Origin: Basidioascus undulatus | Lineage: Eukaryota | Length of the DNA: 45,605 nt | Assembly (NCBI GenBank): GCA_000826855.1 | Contig: JTLS01000022.1 | Coordinates: forward strand, 1 to 45,605 | Direction of reading: 5' to 3' | In this document: positions 23,831 through 37,250 of the stretch, piece by piece | Layout: the number at the start of each line of letters is the position of its first letter | How positions within the stretch are numbered: the stretch's first letter is position 1 | Notes under the pieces: generated by a model | Told to the model about the DNA's origin: nothing | The model's database searches: none | The model's input: only the letters and a program-made list of their open reading frames with translations | Translations under genes and position numbers: made by a program

Positions 23831-25563
23831 TCAGTTTTTGTTGCCGCCCTGGTTTCGGGTGACGATCACGGCGACAACGATAGCAACGATCATGAGGATG
23901 ATGAGGATGATGATCTGTGCCGTCCATACCGCATAAGTATCGAGCCGTATGTAAGATATGTAATACTCGAGGCGAAAGACGGACAAAGCAGATCCAGCGC
24001 TTCTTGCGTGCCGCCCGGGCAGACTTGACAGCCTTTTCCGTCTGGACGAGACTGTGGGGAGCAACAGCGCGTCAGCAAAGTGCGATACATGTTGTTATGG
24101 TGCTGTGAAGACATACCCCTGCTCCATGTCCTTGTTCGCGCTCTCCGCCGCGCCCTGGATGTTGACGAGCGTCTCGTCCTGTTGCTCGACAAGGATGGAC
24201 ATCTGAAAAGCCAACGCAAGAGAGTTAGCGGCCCGATGTCCAACGTCTCAGTAAGATCCAAACGAGACGCACGTCGTTGAAGAGCTGGGCGAGCTCGGTA
24301 AGCGTCCGCTCGATCCGCTTGATGTCCTCGTGCCGCTCTTGGACTTCCCGGTACGCAGACTGGGCGTCGCCGTAGCGGTTCGATTGCAGAAGCTACGTGC
24401 CCGGACAGACAATCAGCGCGCTAGAGCATGCGGGCGTAAGCTGATGGAGCACGCACAGCTTGAGAGAAGATCTGGCCGCCCTCGGGCGAGTCGATGACCT
24501 GCTGGATCTCCTGAGGCGTAGCATCGGGCTTGACTGCGAAATGCAGGGAGAGATAGCGAGCGAATGATGAGCATCGTTGACCTGTTTTATGAAAGACGCA
24601 GGTTGACCACGCACCGATCCGGTACTGCCTCTCCATGCGCTGCTTCTGCTTCTGCCGGCTCTGGTTCTCCACTTTCTGGTACTCCTGGATAGTTTCCAAG
24701 AACTTGCTCTTCACCGTCGCGACCTGTACCCCGAACGCCAGCCGACGAGCCCATCTCAGCACCTCCCTTTCACCCAGACCGCTCTTCAGCCCGAACGCAC
24801 CTGCGTCCTCCGCACGTTGAGGTCGCCGCCGGACCAGCGCCCGCTGCCGTTCTCCTTCTCGATCCCCTTGATCTCCGTTTTGATCTTGTTCGTCAGCCGG
24901 CTCGTCTGGCTGACGAGCTGCTCGAGCTGCTGGTTCACGCGCGCGGACGCGACGTCGTCCATGTTGTTGAGGCTCTGCGAGTGCAGCTGCCCGATCTGGG
25001 CGATGTTGCCCTGAAGGATGCGCAGAGACTCTTGGATGTCGGAGATCTGAAAAGCACGCCCCATGAGCCAAGAGGAACATAGCCGAGAGGAACAAAGCCT
25101 CGCCGACGGACCTGGCCAAAGAAGCTGTTCATGTCCCCGCCCTGCGGAGGGTACGCAGCACCCCCGACCTGCCCCATCTCGTACGCGCCGCCTTGGGGAG
25201 CGTATGCGGTTTGTTGCTGCCCGTACGCAGGCTGGCCGTAGGACTGTGCGGGCGAGGAGTAGTCGTTCACGGGGCTGGAGATGGAGATGAAACGATTCAG
25301 TCCTCAGCAGCGGCGGGGGTCAGATTCGGGGTTATTAGACTCACCCGTAGCCATTGCCGCCCTGCTGGGCCTGTGAGCGAAAGCAACGATGAAATCAGAA
25401 TCGTCAAGCCTATCGATGCATCCTTGCGATGCTTCCCAGCGGGCCAGTTCAAGGAGAATCTCCGCTGATCCCTCCACCTTCCAGCGCCGCATCTTGCCCG
25501 GCCAGCATCAACAGCCACAAGTACGGCACTCACGCGGAGAGCTGCGAGACGATCACGGGCCAT
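23831..25563 (-). CDS. SSO1: Plasma-membrane syntaxin (Qa t-SNARE), Sso1/2 orthologue; multi-intron
   Basis: Starts MARDRLAALR. Has a Habc region, QRMERQYRIVKPDATPQEI, GGQIFSQALLQSNRYGDAQSAYREVQERHEDIKRIERTLTELAQLF, ARAARKKRWIC and a C-terminal TM segment IIILIILMIVAIVVAVIV. Confidence 0.95.
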
Positions 25564-27540
25564 GGCGAGCTTTGCTGACGCAGGGGAAGGCTAGGTGGGA
25601 GCAGAGCGGGGGAGGAGAAGAAGGAGCGGCCGTCGCGGCGTCGCGCTGGAGGGTCAGGGGCGGGCAAGCGGCTGACAACCGTGGACGGTGTGCGACAGCT
25701 GGAAGGTGGTAGAGTGTGACTCGGCTGATTCGAAAAGGGTGTAAACTTCGATGAGAACGAAGTGAACAGCGACCGAGGACAAAGATTGTGGCGGGAAGAG
25801 GAGGTTTGGGCAGGAGCACAAGGGGGCGAGCGTCGCGGCTAGCCCGGATTCTGCGTCCGCCCAGCGTCCGCGGTGCAAGCCGCAGCACCTGTTGCCACTT
25901 TTCTATTGAGAATTGTCTTCAATTTTCGAACTCAATCGCCTTACGCACAGCATTGGCTTTTTGAGTTGAGCTGGCGTCCCGAGCAGAGAAACTTGGAGAA
26001 ACGGTGAATGCTGTGTGGGCCTGTAAGACAAATGCAGTGCTGTACTTACTCGCTGGTGGGATTGCCAGAGGGACTCGACACCTTCGTTTCGCTGCGAGTT
26101 CTTCGGTGGTGTTCTCATGGGCGTTCAAAATACCCAACCACAGGCTATCGCAGACAGTGAGCGGAACGCAGCGGTACGTGCTTCGTTTTCGAGCGCTACT
26201 AAGGCTGGCGGCTACACAATCTCGACACACATGCGAGCATCCCGAGGATAAAACACACTATAACCCTTAATACATAAGATATCAGACTATTTCATGGGTA
26301 GGTATTCTGGCAGATGTAACGATGCAGAGCTTCATTCAAGGCCAGCCAGCTACTCTGAAACTCCTACTGCAAGTGTCTCCGTCGCTCAGGACCACCCTTA
26401 CTTGGGACCGATCAGTTCAGGCAGACTCCTTTTCACAGTCCCGCACGTATCTGCATGAGTTTTTCACCGAATCACTGACCCGGGCGGGAATAAGCAAGAG
26501 GATAGTTGTGAGTGAATCAAATTTCAGAAGTGTAAGGCTGCACTCCGAGGGTGCGCTCGTGAATCATTTGGCGACCGGGTCGGCCGGAAAATCGTACAGA
26601 CAGACTGATTCATTCCAGATTTTTGGAATCCTCGATGTACTTGCCTTACTCTCCGGGTTCCTGTGCTGCGAACAAGCAAGGTGACATATTATTTTTCACA
26701 GTGTATCGCGATTGACCTCATTTCCCCTCGACGCGTCCACTCCACACTCTCAACGCTCACCATCTAAAACCCCTTACCCAGCGCTCTTCTCTATACAAAG
26801 ACTCCCAGTATGAACCGTCATATGGGCATAGAAGATCAATTTGGAGTCGGAGGCGACAAGATCAAGCCGCAGTCGGTGGCCACCATGAAGCGAGCCGAGG
26901 AGCACTTCCGGCGCGGCGTCGCGAGCAACTCGAGCGAGGGTGAGGTTCCCTCGCATCACTCATCATGAAGCGAAACTGTTCATTGTGTTGAGCGTTAAGG
27001 AACAACGGAGCTCTTGAAGGGAGAGGCTAAGGTCCGACGCGCCATGGACATCGAACCGTCGAATACCGACGCCGGACTTTCGATACTTCCGTCAGCGTCC
27101 TCACTCTGCACCAGGCCAAGAGCACGGTTCTGACCTTGTGGCTCAGGTTCATCGCAGACGAACCGGACCTTGCTGATGCTACTCTCGATATGTGCTGTAC
27201 GCCCCCCAATACTGTGCTGCTGAAACGTTAGGCTGATGGGGCGTGGATACTGACTGCGAAAGGAAGACGAGCGGGCTCGCGCGTTCTTTAAGCGCGAGCT
27301 GGGCGACGACTGCTTTGACGATGGTTCAGAAGTCGTAGGGAACTTCTGGGGGTGCGTATCCACCCACTCAGCTCATGTTCGCCGTTCACACTTCCGGTCC
27401 AATGGCGCAGGATCCTCAGACTCGGCCGTAGTCAGTCGCGCTTACAGGTCCCCTAGCTTCGCGCGATGAGCTGACTTGCACATACTGAAAGCATACGTGT
27501 CCTGCTGGCACGAGTCGACTATGCCCTCTTGTTCAAAGTA

Positions 27541-28873
27541 GGTGCACTCACCGCCACTGCGCATGCTGGCGACGACTTGTTCACGTTCGGAACAACGCAC
27601 AGAATTGGCCACGTGCAATGCAACTGCGCTGGGGCTCTGCGTCTCTGCCTGGGGAATTAACGTGGGCATGCGCGACAAGATGGGTTACTTACTCAACTAA
27701 GCGGGCCGGTACGAGGACGCTGTCTCGTTTGCTCTGGAATGGGCCCTCTGTCGCGAGGGAGACGACATGCCTGAGAAGGTGCGTCTGCCCGTCGACATGC
27801 TCAGTTCGCCCTCCGACTGACTCATACTTGATGGCGAGGGACCAGGGCGGGACCGTTTTCCCGCGATGGACAAAGGACAACGTCGATCCAACGCTCTTGG
27901 ACGAGAAGGGTCCCAAGTTCCGCAAGTGGATAGAAAAGGCCTTGGACGCGCCCATGGTGCGCGATGCAGCTCTGGCGCCGTGGAGGATCTGGGGAGATTG
28001 CGAGATCGCGAGGGCATTTCTTGGGAGGGCGACCAAGATACAGCCTCAAAATGAGTCGCCGAGGGATACTGATACCGAGATTCTCGAACTCGACTGAACA
28101 TGCCGGTGTTGCTAAAGTTCTTTCTCGCGTGCTGGCGGGCGCTGAGCGACCAAAGGAGTACGCTGATTCTTTGGTACAAACCGCAGCTTCCACCGCGGTC
28201 CCCGCGGCATTCATGGTCAGCTGTGTTTCTGCCACCCAGGTTTCTATTGCCATGCTGAATACTTCTCACTTCAAACAGATCCGGAGGAAACTCAAGACTT
28301 TATCGCTTATCTTCCTCGTCGGCTGATGCTTGACAAGCCTTCCTTTTCCTCCTAACAGATCTGTTCGCCGCACAGCCTTTCTGGACCAAAGAGGTTCGCT
28401 ATTGGGTACTATCGGATTCGGTCGCGATGGACCTGCTACTATACTCCTGCGCCTGGCCCGATTGCGCTAAGAAAGAGGAGTTGCCCGGGAAGCATAAGCA
28501 GTGTGCGTGCAGTCAGTATCCCCCCTTTCTCCCTCAATTTCACCCATACTTTTGCTACGCGGCCGTTCAATGCATCTAACCTTAGTGCTATGGCTTTCAC
28601 AGAAAAAGCCCGGTACTGCTTTGCGCAGTGTCAGGTACGCAAATTGTGGCGCCTCACTCTCCTTTCAGGCTCTGAACACTGTACGTTCATTTACAGGCGG
28701 CGCACTGGAAGGCGCCGAAGTCCAAAGGTCACAAGAAGGAGTGTTTGGAGGACAAAGCGATCCGAGAGCAGCTGGACCAGATCATGATGGGGCGTGGCGG
28801 CAGCGTCGGCGACATCCCCGCCTCCAACATCTACTGCATGGAAATGGGCACCTTTTCAATGTGGTCGCGATGA
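27541..28873 (+). pseudogene. MYND zinc-finger domain protein pseudogene (5' boundary uncertain)
   Basis: The spliced C-terminus CAWPDC-x11-CAC-KKARYCFAQCQAAHWK-x6-HKKEC is a MYND finger. Upstream lesions: +1 frameshift ~27658, in-frame TAA 27698-27700, ATGAGT in place of a GTGAGT donor at 28051, and a 29-nt residual intron 28158-28186. Confidence 0.75.
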
Positions 28874-29257
28874 CGTTCGGTTGAGACAGGCGGCTTCCAT
28901 TCCATAACCGTGTGCATCCTGTGTCCCGGCAACCAAGACGCCTCAATCAGAATCGACCGTAAGATCGCGAGATGTGCTTCGTCCCGCAGCTGTGGATCTC
29001 GAAAAACGCATTCGACCACGCGACGGCATGACACGGGGGGTTCAAGAGGTCCTTTTTAACCTTTATTCATAGTTCCTTAGAATACTTGCCAAGTGTTCCT
29101 CGTCGTTACCCATGAAAGAATCGCTGAGCTAGGAAAACCACTATTTGGCGCTCAATGCAGCCTTCGTGCTCTCGTTCCCCTCCTCTCCCATCCGGCGACT
29201 GCTTCCATCTCTCCGCCACGCTCTCCCATCCTCACAGCACTATCGTTATCGCCCGTC

Positions 29258-32200
29258 ATGCCTCTGAGCATCGAGGACATCCTCGCTAAGCAAAAGGCTG
29301 AGAAGGAAGCTGCCAGCAAGGTGTGTACTGGCCCTCACGCTTCCCGCCTGTCCTCGCCACCGCTACTGACATCTCCGAGCGTGCGTGCAGCCCAAATTCG
29401 TCAGCAAGGCAGCGCGCCAGAAGGCACTTGAGGCGGTGAAGGAGAAGGAGGAGCAGGAGCGAAAGGCGCGGGAGGAGCAGGCGCAGCAGGCGCGCGAAGA
29501 GCTGGAGCGGCGGGCGGGCGCTACGAGCCGGGGTGCGTCTTCATTTGACTTGTTCAGCTCCGGCGGGACTAACGGAACTGTGAGGCGCGGCACAGCTTCT
29601 CATGATGGGTGGCAGTACCGTGGAGACTATCGGGACGGCGGATACGATGGCCGGCGAGACAACCGCGACCGCCGATACGACAACGTCCCGACTGGTCCTC
29701 GCGGACAGAAGCGCGGGCCTGACGACCGCGATTACGGCCGGGACCGATACGACCCGCGCGATAGGAGGCATCCCGATAGATTGGGGCACTACGACGACCG
29801 CCGAGGCGCACCGCCTCCGCCTTCCGATGCGCGCAGCAGCATGCCTCCTCCGCCCGTTCCCGCCGCACCTGCCGCCCCGGCGGCGCCGGCGGCACCCGCT
29901 GCCGCCGAGATTCCCGAGCACGAGATGGAGGCGATCCGGGCGCGGTACCTCGGCGCGGACAAGAAGAAGCGGAAGGTCCGCAAGATGAGCGACAAGAAGT
30001 TCGTGTTCGACTGGGCGGGCGAGGAGGACACGTCGGACCCCAGCGCGCTCGCTGCGACGCCGCCACCTGTGGAGGTGCCCAAGCGGCCGGCGAGTAACGC
30101 GCCAAACATGCCGCCGGCAGAGAACGGGTCTGCCAACACCATGTGCGCGCACTCCCTTTGGTTGCGGGGAAGGAAGGAGTCAAGCAGTGTTCTGATGCTC
30201 TTTCTGGGCCCCGTGCAGCGAATACGCGGACCATCTTGAGCGGCGCAAAGCGAAGCGGAGCGGCTTCGATACGCGGCATTGGAAGGAGAAGCCACTCAGC
30301 GAGATGCGCGACCGCGATTGGCGCATTTTGCGGGAGGACTTCAGCATCGGTGTTCGCGGTGCGTTTCCCTGTCGCCTCGGACTTTTCGTGGACAGGGCTC
30401 ATCTGAACTGGTTGCGTGCGACAGGCGGCGGCATCACGCACCCGCTGCGGTCGTGGGCCGAGTCGAGCATACCGCAAGAGATCTTGGACGTCATCGAGAC
30501 GATCGGCTACACTGAGCCGAGTGCGATTCAGCGCCAAGCGATTCCCATCGGTCTGCAGAACCGCGACCTCATTGGCATCGCCGAGACTGGTGCGCTTATT
30601 TTTCTCCGACTACATTGAACGGGCTAAAGGGATCTCTGGACAGGTTCCGGAAAGACCGCGTCGTTCGTCATCCCCATGCTGGCGTACATCAACAAGCTGC
30701 CGCCTTTCACGGACGAGACCCGGCATCTCGGTCCGTACGCACTCATCCTCGCGCCCACGCGCGAGCTGGCGCAGCAGATCGAGTCCGAGACGAAGAAGTT
30801 CGCGACGCCTATGGGATTCACCTGTGTCTCCATCGTTGGTGGTGTACGTCCCCCGCCACTCTTGACCCTCTCGGCCTCACTCTTGCTCGTTAGCTAACGG
30901 GGCGACTGGCACGGGCAGCGCGCCGTCGAAGAGCAATCGTTCAACCTGCGCGAAGGCGCGGAGATCATCATCGCCACTCCGGGTCGTCTGAAGGACATCC
31001 TCGAGCGCCACATCTTGGTCCTGACGCAGTGCAACTACGTCGTCATGGACGAGGCCGACCGGATGGTCAACCTCGGGTTCGAGGCGGACCTCAACTACAT
31101 CCTCGACTCGATGGGCGAGAAAGCCGAGGACGGCGAGAACGGCGCGGTGGCGAGCGTCTCGACGAAGGAGGGAGAAGAAAAGCTGTACCGGCAGACCTTC
31201 CGTGCGTTCCGTTTCTGCTTTGCTTCGTCGCTTTCGTAGCGGACCGACTGATGCGTATATGGGCTCATAGTCTTCTCCGCGACCATGCCGACTGCTGTCG
31301 AGGCCATCGCGCGCAAGTATTTGCGCAAGCCGGCTACGATTACCATTGGTGTTGCCGGTCAGGCCGTCGACACCGTCGAGCAGCGCGTCGAGTTCATCGA
31401 CAGCGAGGACAAGAAGAAGTGCGTTACCGGACGCTCCTGACGCCATCACGAACGTCCAACTCACGCATACGTGTCCTTGCCAGGTACCGCCTGCTCGAGA
31501 TCCTCGACCACGGCGGATTCAAACCGCCTATTATTGTCTTCGTCAACCAGAAGAAGGCGGCCGATCAGCTGGCGAAGGACCTTTCTCGCAGCCGGGTGAG
31601 TTTCAGTCATGCACCTTCCGCACGCTGGCTCCGCTTGCTGATTACCGTGCACGTCTTAAAACAGCAATCGGTCACCACGCTCCACTCCGGCAAATCGCAG
31701 GAGCAGCGTGAGGCGGCGCTCAACGCGCTCCGGAACGGCTCGGCGAACGTCCTCGTCGCGACTGATCTCGCAGGGCGTGGTATCGACGTGCCGGACGTCA
31801 GTCTCGTCGTCAACTTCCACATGTCCAACACGATCGAGGCATACGTGCACCGTATCGGTCTGTCGCGCTTTCTCTTGCTCCGAGCAGGACCGCTGACCGA
31901 TTCTCGATTTATAGGTCGCACCGGTCGTGCGGGCAAGCAGGGTGTTGCCATCACGTTCATTACGCCTCATATGGACGAGGAGGTCATGTGTACGTACCCT
32001 CTTCTTCGGCGCGCCTCCGCAACTAGCGCAGGCAGGCTTACACATCTATGCGGAAACTACAGACGACCTGAAGCAAGAGATCTCCAAGTCGCCCATCTCG
32101 ACTGTGCCCAAGGAGTTGGCATTCCACGATGCAGCGTGGGTTTGCGTCGAAGCTTTTTGACAGAGGTACCTACTGACTTGACTATCTTGCTTCACCAGTC

Positions 32201-32329
32201 AACGGAGGATCACGCGTCGTACGTATTTGAACTGCTCGGTCATGCAGTGATCGCCGCGACTAACGCGTGTGATGGTGGCGATTGCGGTCGACAGAGATGA
32301 AAAAGCAGGCCGCGCAGGACGACGGCTGA
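29258..32329 (+). CDS. PRP28: Pre-mRNA-splicing DEAD-box RNA helicase Prp28 (DDX23); ~12 introns
   Basis: Contains [39 protein letters not shown], the Q-motif, [40 protein letters not shown] and [12 protein letters not shown]. Confidence 0.97.
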
Positions 32330-32731
32330 GGTGGTGTAGAGAATCGGCCCGTTATGGCAATTATTGCCATTCATTCTGTCATTTCCCTATGCCCGAATGC
32401 GTTGCATACATGGCTGTTCCGGAAAAGACGCTTTGCTTTTCGGATGTCGAGTCTGCCTGTGGCGGCAAACAAGCCTGCAGTAGAGTCACTCGACGTTGTT
32501 CTCCCTATCTAGAAAGATGATATTTTGCGTGTCATATGAGAAGTCATGGATTTGTTGATATAAGCGCAGCAGTTTCCCTGCCTTTGGCAAGAATGAAGGC
32601 GCCGGATCCTGGCTTGCGGGATGCCTGGAGCGGAAGAGCCGAAACGCGTCTCGCTCGCGTCCTTTCATGAGCTGCGCCGTCGCCGCACACCGCCATCTTC
32701 TCTCATCGCCCGACTTTGTCTCCTCATCATC

Positions 32732-35046
32732 ATGGTCGTCTACGAGTCAGTGACACGAGCCTCTCAACTACCAATTTCTCCGCAGCTTATCCAATTATCG
32801 CAGCATCTCGGACTCCGACGACGATCTGGTGTCCACCGCGCCGCCGCCTCGGCGGCGTCCCTCTGCTGGTTCTTCCCGCGCACCTCCCATCGTGATCGAC
32901 GACAACAGCTCGTCTCAGAGCAGGTACGCCTTTTCTCTGCTGTTGGGAGTCCATCAAAGGAGGGCTGATTTGGCATGGCCCCGGATCAGAGCCCCTCTGA
33001 AAGCGGGCCCGACGGTGATCATCGACTCGGACGATGAGGACGACAAGGAGGAAGACGACGTCGACTTGCCATCTGTTGAAGGGCTGATCGTCTCCCTCAC
33101 CCGCGGCGCAGGTGTGCGCCCCAGCACCATTGGACTGGGGAGGTCGATCAGCAGCGCGAGCTTGTTCGGCGCGCCCAGCGGCCATACTGCATCGTCGTCC
33201 TACCAAGTGCGTTGTCGCCAGTTCACGCTAGTATATCTGGGCGGTTCTGACGTCGTGTGTTGTTCCAGCAGTCCTCCACCTCCTCTCTCTCTTGGACAGC
33301 GTCCGCTCCAGCACCGCTACCTTCGACGTCTCGCCTTCTGTCTTCCTCGCACGCCCTGCCCCCGCCTCCTCCGCCTCAGTCACGCTCGCTCGGCCGGTCC
33401 GGGTCCTCAATCCTTTCAGCCCTCGATCAGCTCGATCATATCATACCCGTGCCCGCCGACGAGTCTCCTCCGCCTGCTCCGGTCCAACAACCCCAGCCCA
33501 GCGGGAAGGGCAAGCGCAAGGCGTCGGAGGTGTTCGAGGAGGAGGAGGCGACCGCTGGTCCGAGCAAGAAAGAGCAGGCCAAGGCGGAGAGGGTGAGCTG
33601 GTGCATGGTTGGGAGGTACAGTGTTTCAAATGTGAACTGATACTTCGGAATGGATAAAGCTTCGGATAGCGGAGGAGAAGAAGAAGGCGAAGGCGGCGGA
33701 GAAGGCAGCGAAAGACGCGGCCAAGAATGCGGACAAGGTGCGTGTAGCGCGTTAAGGATTGGTTTATACGCTTTCAACTAGCATTCTTGCATAAAACGTT
33801 CACAGGAGCGTAAAAAGCGTGAGAAGGAGCAGCAGGCGCGCATCAAGGAGGTCAACAAGCTCGTTACGTCCAAGAACGAGGCCATGCGCGACCTGATCGT
33901 CGACGTCCCGCCTCTCCTCCGCTCGAAGCCGTCGCCCTTCGCCGCCGCCGTCGATGACCTACGCGAACGCTTCGAAGCGGACAAGTGCACGCTGAACGAG
34001 CTCCCGAACGCGCCCGCGCTGCCCAACGTCGTCGGCTGGCGCCGCAAGGTACTGGCGCGGTGGGACGACACGCAGCGCATGTGGATCCCGCTCGACGCGC
34101 AGGTGATCGAGGAGGAGCCGACGTACCTCGTCTTCCTCACCGCGCGAGATGTCTGCGACCGCATCTCGAACGGGACGCTGCTCTCGCTCATCGACTCGAC
34201 GCGCGCGACGCTGCGCATCAAGACGCGCGCGCAGGTCTTCCTCATGCTGCACGGGCTCGAGGCGCACTACCGCAAGGTCAAGAACGCCAACAACCGAGCG
34301 CATATGGAAGGCGTGCGCCACTCGCTCGACGGCGGCGGAGGGCCAGTCCCGGTCAACGCGGTCGCCGCCGCGGGCGAGATGGGCAGGGACGAGATCGAGG
34401 CGCAGCTGGCGCGGCTGATGACCCTCGAGCGCGGGTTCATGGTCCATGTGGAGAAGACGGAGGAGATCGCGGATTGGATATGGAACTTGACTGGCGACAT
34501 CGTGAGTCGCGTCTCCTTCTAAGGTCGTCGCGCTTGTCGCTCATCGCAGTATACGATTGACAGGCGATTCGGCCGCACAAGTGCGTTTCTTCGCTTTTGA
34601 TCTGTGATCTACAACTGACCGTGAACCCCGCGCTTGATCTTAGGAACATCAAAAACTCGCACCTGGCGTTTTCGGCTGAGCAGAAGGTCAATGGCGTGGG
34701 GAAGGACCTGCCCGACACCTTCTCCAAGATGCTGCAAGCCATTCCGCGCATCACGCCCGCCGCTGCGCAGGGTATTTGCGGCCAGTACGGCACGCTCAGA
34801 GCGCTGCTCGAGGCGTATGAACAGTGCGAGAGCCAGGGCGAGGCCGAGGACATGCTGGCGGACGTGGTGGTGAGTTTGGGTCCTAACGAGCGTCAGTAGG
34901 AGATGGCAAGCTGACTAAGGAGTGGGACATCTGTGCAGATCGCGAACCGTGTAGACGGAGTCCCTAATCAGCGTCCGGTGGGCAAGGCCAGCAGCAAGCG
35001 CATCTTTACGGTGCTGAGGGGAACAGACTCGCTTGCGCTCATTTGA
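32732..35046 (+). CDS. EME1: Crossover junction endonuclease non-catalytic subunit EME1/Mms4 (ERCC4-like domain plus HhH)
   Basis: Disordered N-terminus and coiled coil, then EVNKLVTSKNEAMRDLIVD, VVGWRRKVLARWD, IEAQLARL, ADWIWNLTGDIAIRPHK, DTFSKMLQAIPRITPAAAQGI, MLADVVI and VGKASSKRIF. Confidence 0.85.
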
Positions 35047-35349
35047 TTACTCGTTGCGCTTTTACGTGGCCATGGCCGAAGCTTTTCACTGCATGCGCTT
35101 GGGGCTTGGGGCTGTTGCCCTGCACAGTCTTCCGAGTTTTGCGCGTCATGTGTGGGAAGATTTCGCTACCTGAGGTTAAGAAAATGCTGCAGCCAGCTTG
35201 CGGACAGGCTTCGGAGTGAAGGGTGGGTGAACAGAGACGAGATGACGATAGGCAGAAGCGGGACTTCTGTTGGGTTTGCAGCTAAATAATGGACATGAGC
35301 ATAGCAGTGCCTGGAGTGCAGAAACCCAAAAATACAACGAAAAAGCGAT

Positions 35350-37250
35350 ACGAGTGGCACGGACTACCAGTGAGCTAAATAGGCATTAAATTTATGCCTT
35401 TCGGCTGGACTGAACAAGCGACCTCACCATTCCGCAATTTTGGGCATATTAACCATTTAACTGGGCAAGGATTGTTGTTCCACTCAAGTCCCCCACCCAC
35501 AGCCAATGCCGTTCAAAACAGTAAATCAATGAGTCACCACATCTGTCTACTGGGGCTAATTCGACTTCGTCATGCTTGACAGTTTTTGTTTTGATGTAAG
35601 AGTCTCGAACACGGCTGGACAGCATTCATTCCCAGCCTGACTCGATCCCCCTAGTGCCCCAGAGCTAATCAGTTTTGTCGAAACAGTCAGATTGTAAATC
35701 CGGAGCCATTCGAGAAACTATAGTGACCTGGTACGGTGAGACCGTGGTAGTTGTATGCTGTGCTGCTGTTTCGGCACAACAGACTTTCTCCGGCATAACG
35801 AACTTTCAAGCCTACACTGTGGATTGTGAGCCAGTGTAGGAAACACTGTTTAGGATCATGTTCCTCAGAATCACCTAGAAAACAGTGTTTTTCAGAACAG
35901 GGTCGTTTGCACTGTTTAGTTGATATATGACAAACACTGTTAAGCGGGGTTTGGAGACAGGCTCTACGAGCCTGTTCAGTCTCGCTGTGCTTAAGCAGTG
36001 CACAGGACACTGCTTTGCCAAGGGTTGGGACACTGACAATTACCAGAGGATGTAAGACTGTAATTCAAGCATTCTGCAACAGTACAACTTTGACTGTTGT
36101 TCAGATCAGTGCCTCAACTCCGTCTATTAGCGGGGTGCAAATGAGGGGACTGGCCGGTGCAGACAGCACCGTTAAACAGTGTGTCATGTCAGTGAGTCTG
36201 ACGAGGCAATGAATTTCTCCAAGTCACAGTACCGATGGTGTGGTCAGGAGACTGAATGGTGCAAGCCCCTGTCTTTTTTGGCATAATGCAGCTCTGAAGA
36301 AGAGCTCCCTCCTGACTTCCCACTTCATCATGTATCTCGAGTCTTCCTGCCAGGCTCCTCTTCCATTTGTGGATTCAACTTGTATTGGATTATCTTATAT
36401 GCCTTGATCATTCCAATCGCTCACTTTATCCTTGGGTCGAACCAGCAGAATACCTGATAGCTCAGCAATGGCGGTGTGTCCTTTCCTGTTCAGTTGTTAA
36501 CCATTGGAGCCAATAGCAGCAAGTACAGGTTGTGCCAAGCTTAGCAGAGTGGGCCCTATTCTTTTGAGTCTTGCGCTTGAAGCAGGCTACCTTGACTGAT
36601 CTCCTGCACCTCTTCATGACGCAGATACTCAATTGTTATGTCCATCCTGGTACTTCCACCCTGTTTTAGGTAGTGTGTTAGTAGCTGTAAAATCTGTTAT
36701 TTACATATAAAGTCATATTACCACTTTATGTGCAAATTTTCAAGCAAGTAAGTGGCCGCAGCGGAAGCTGCTCTACATCGCCAGGCAGATGCCTGCACAA
36801 TGAACCGGAAAGAACTCCACAGAAGCATATAATATCATTTTAATGACCCAATATGGTTCTTAATATACCAAAAAATGTCATGTCAAACCCGCAAGCCAGT
36901 GACCATGTACTGTATCAGTGCACGCCACACCGGGGACACCGGTGTGGGAAGTCAGGCAATCACTCAGTTCCGGGTGCAGCACGCACAGTTCCTGACCAGT
37001 GAAAAAAATGCACATTTCGAAATTCACGGCCGGTTTAACGGAGTTCTGAGATACACTGTTTTACAGAACCAAACCGGTGTAGAGTGTCCCATCAACCCTG
37101 CAAATGTCCACAATTTTTGCGGGCTATCTGAGCCCGGCCAAATTTCCAGTGCTACCAGAGTGCCACAGAGCAGACAGAGTGCACAAACTGCAAGGCTACT
37201 TCGTTACGGTGTGCGTAGGTCAAATTACCTTCAACAACAATAAAATTCCT
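35350..37250. mobile_element. Degenerate transposon-like relic (class undetermined; boundaries approximate)
   Basis: AT-richer and strongly CpG-depleted (6 CG counted in 36241-36720). Has several inverted repeats and a recurring ACACTGTT motif, but no intact ORF. Confidence 0.5.

Noticed and set aside
26322..27363. ORFs 26322-26684 (+) and 26995-27363 (-)
   Set aside because: No motifs, no convincing splice model and no coding-type codon bias.
35358..35746. Possible MITE bounded by CACGG...CCGTG
   Set aside because: The terminal similarity is short and gapped, and no target-site duplication is visible.
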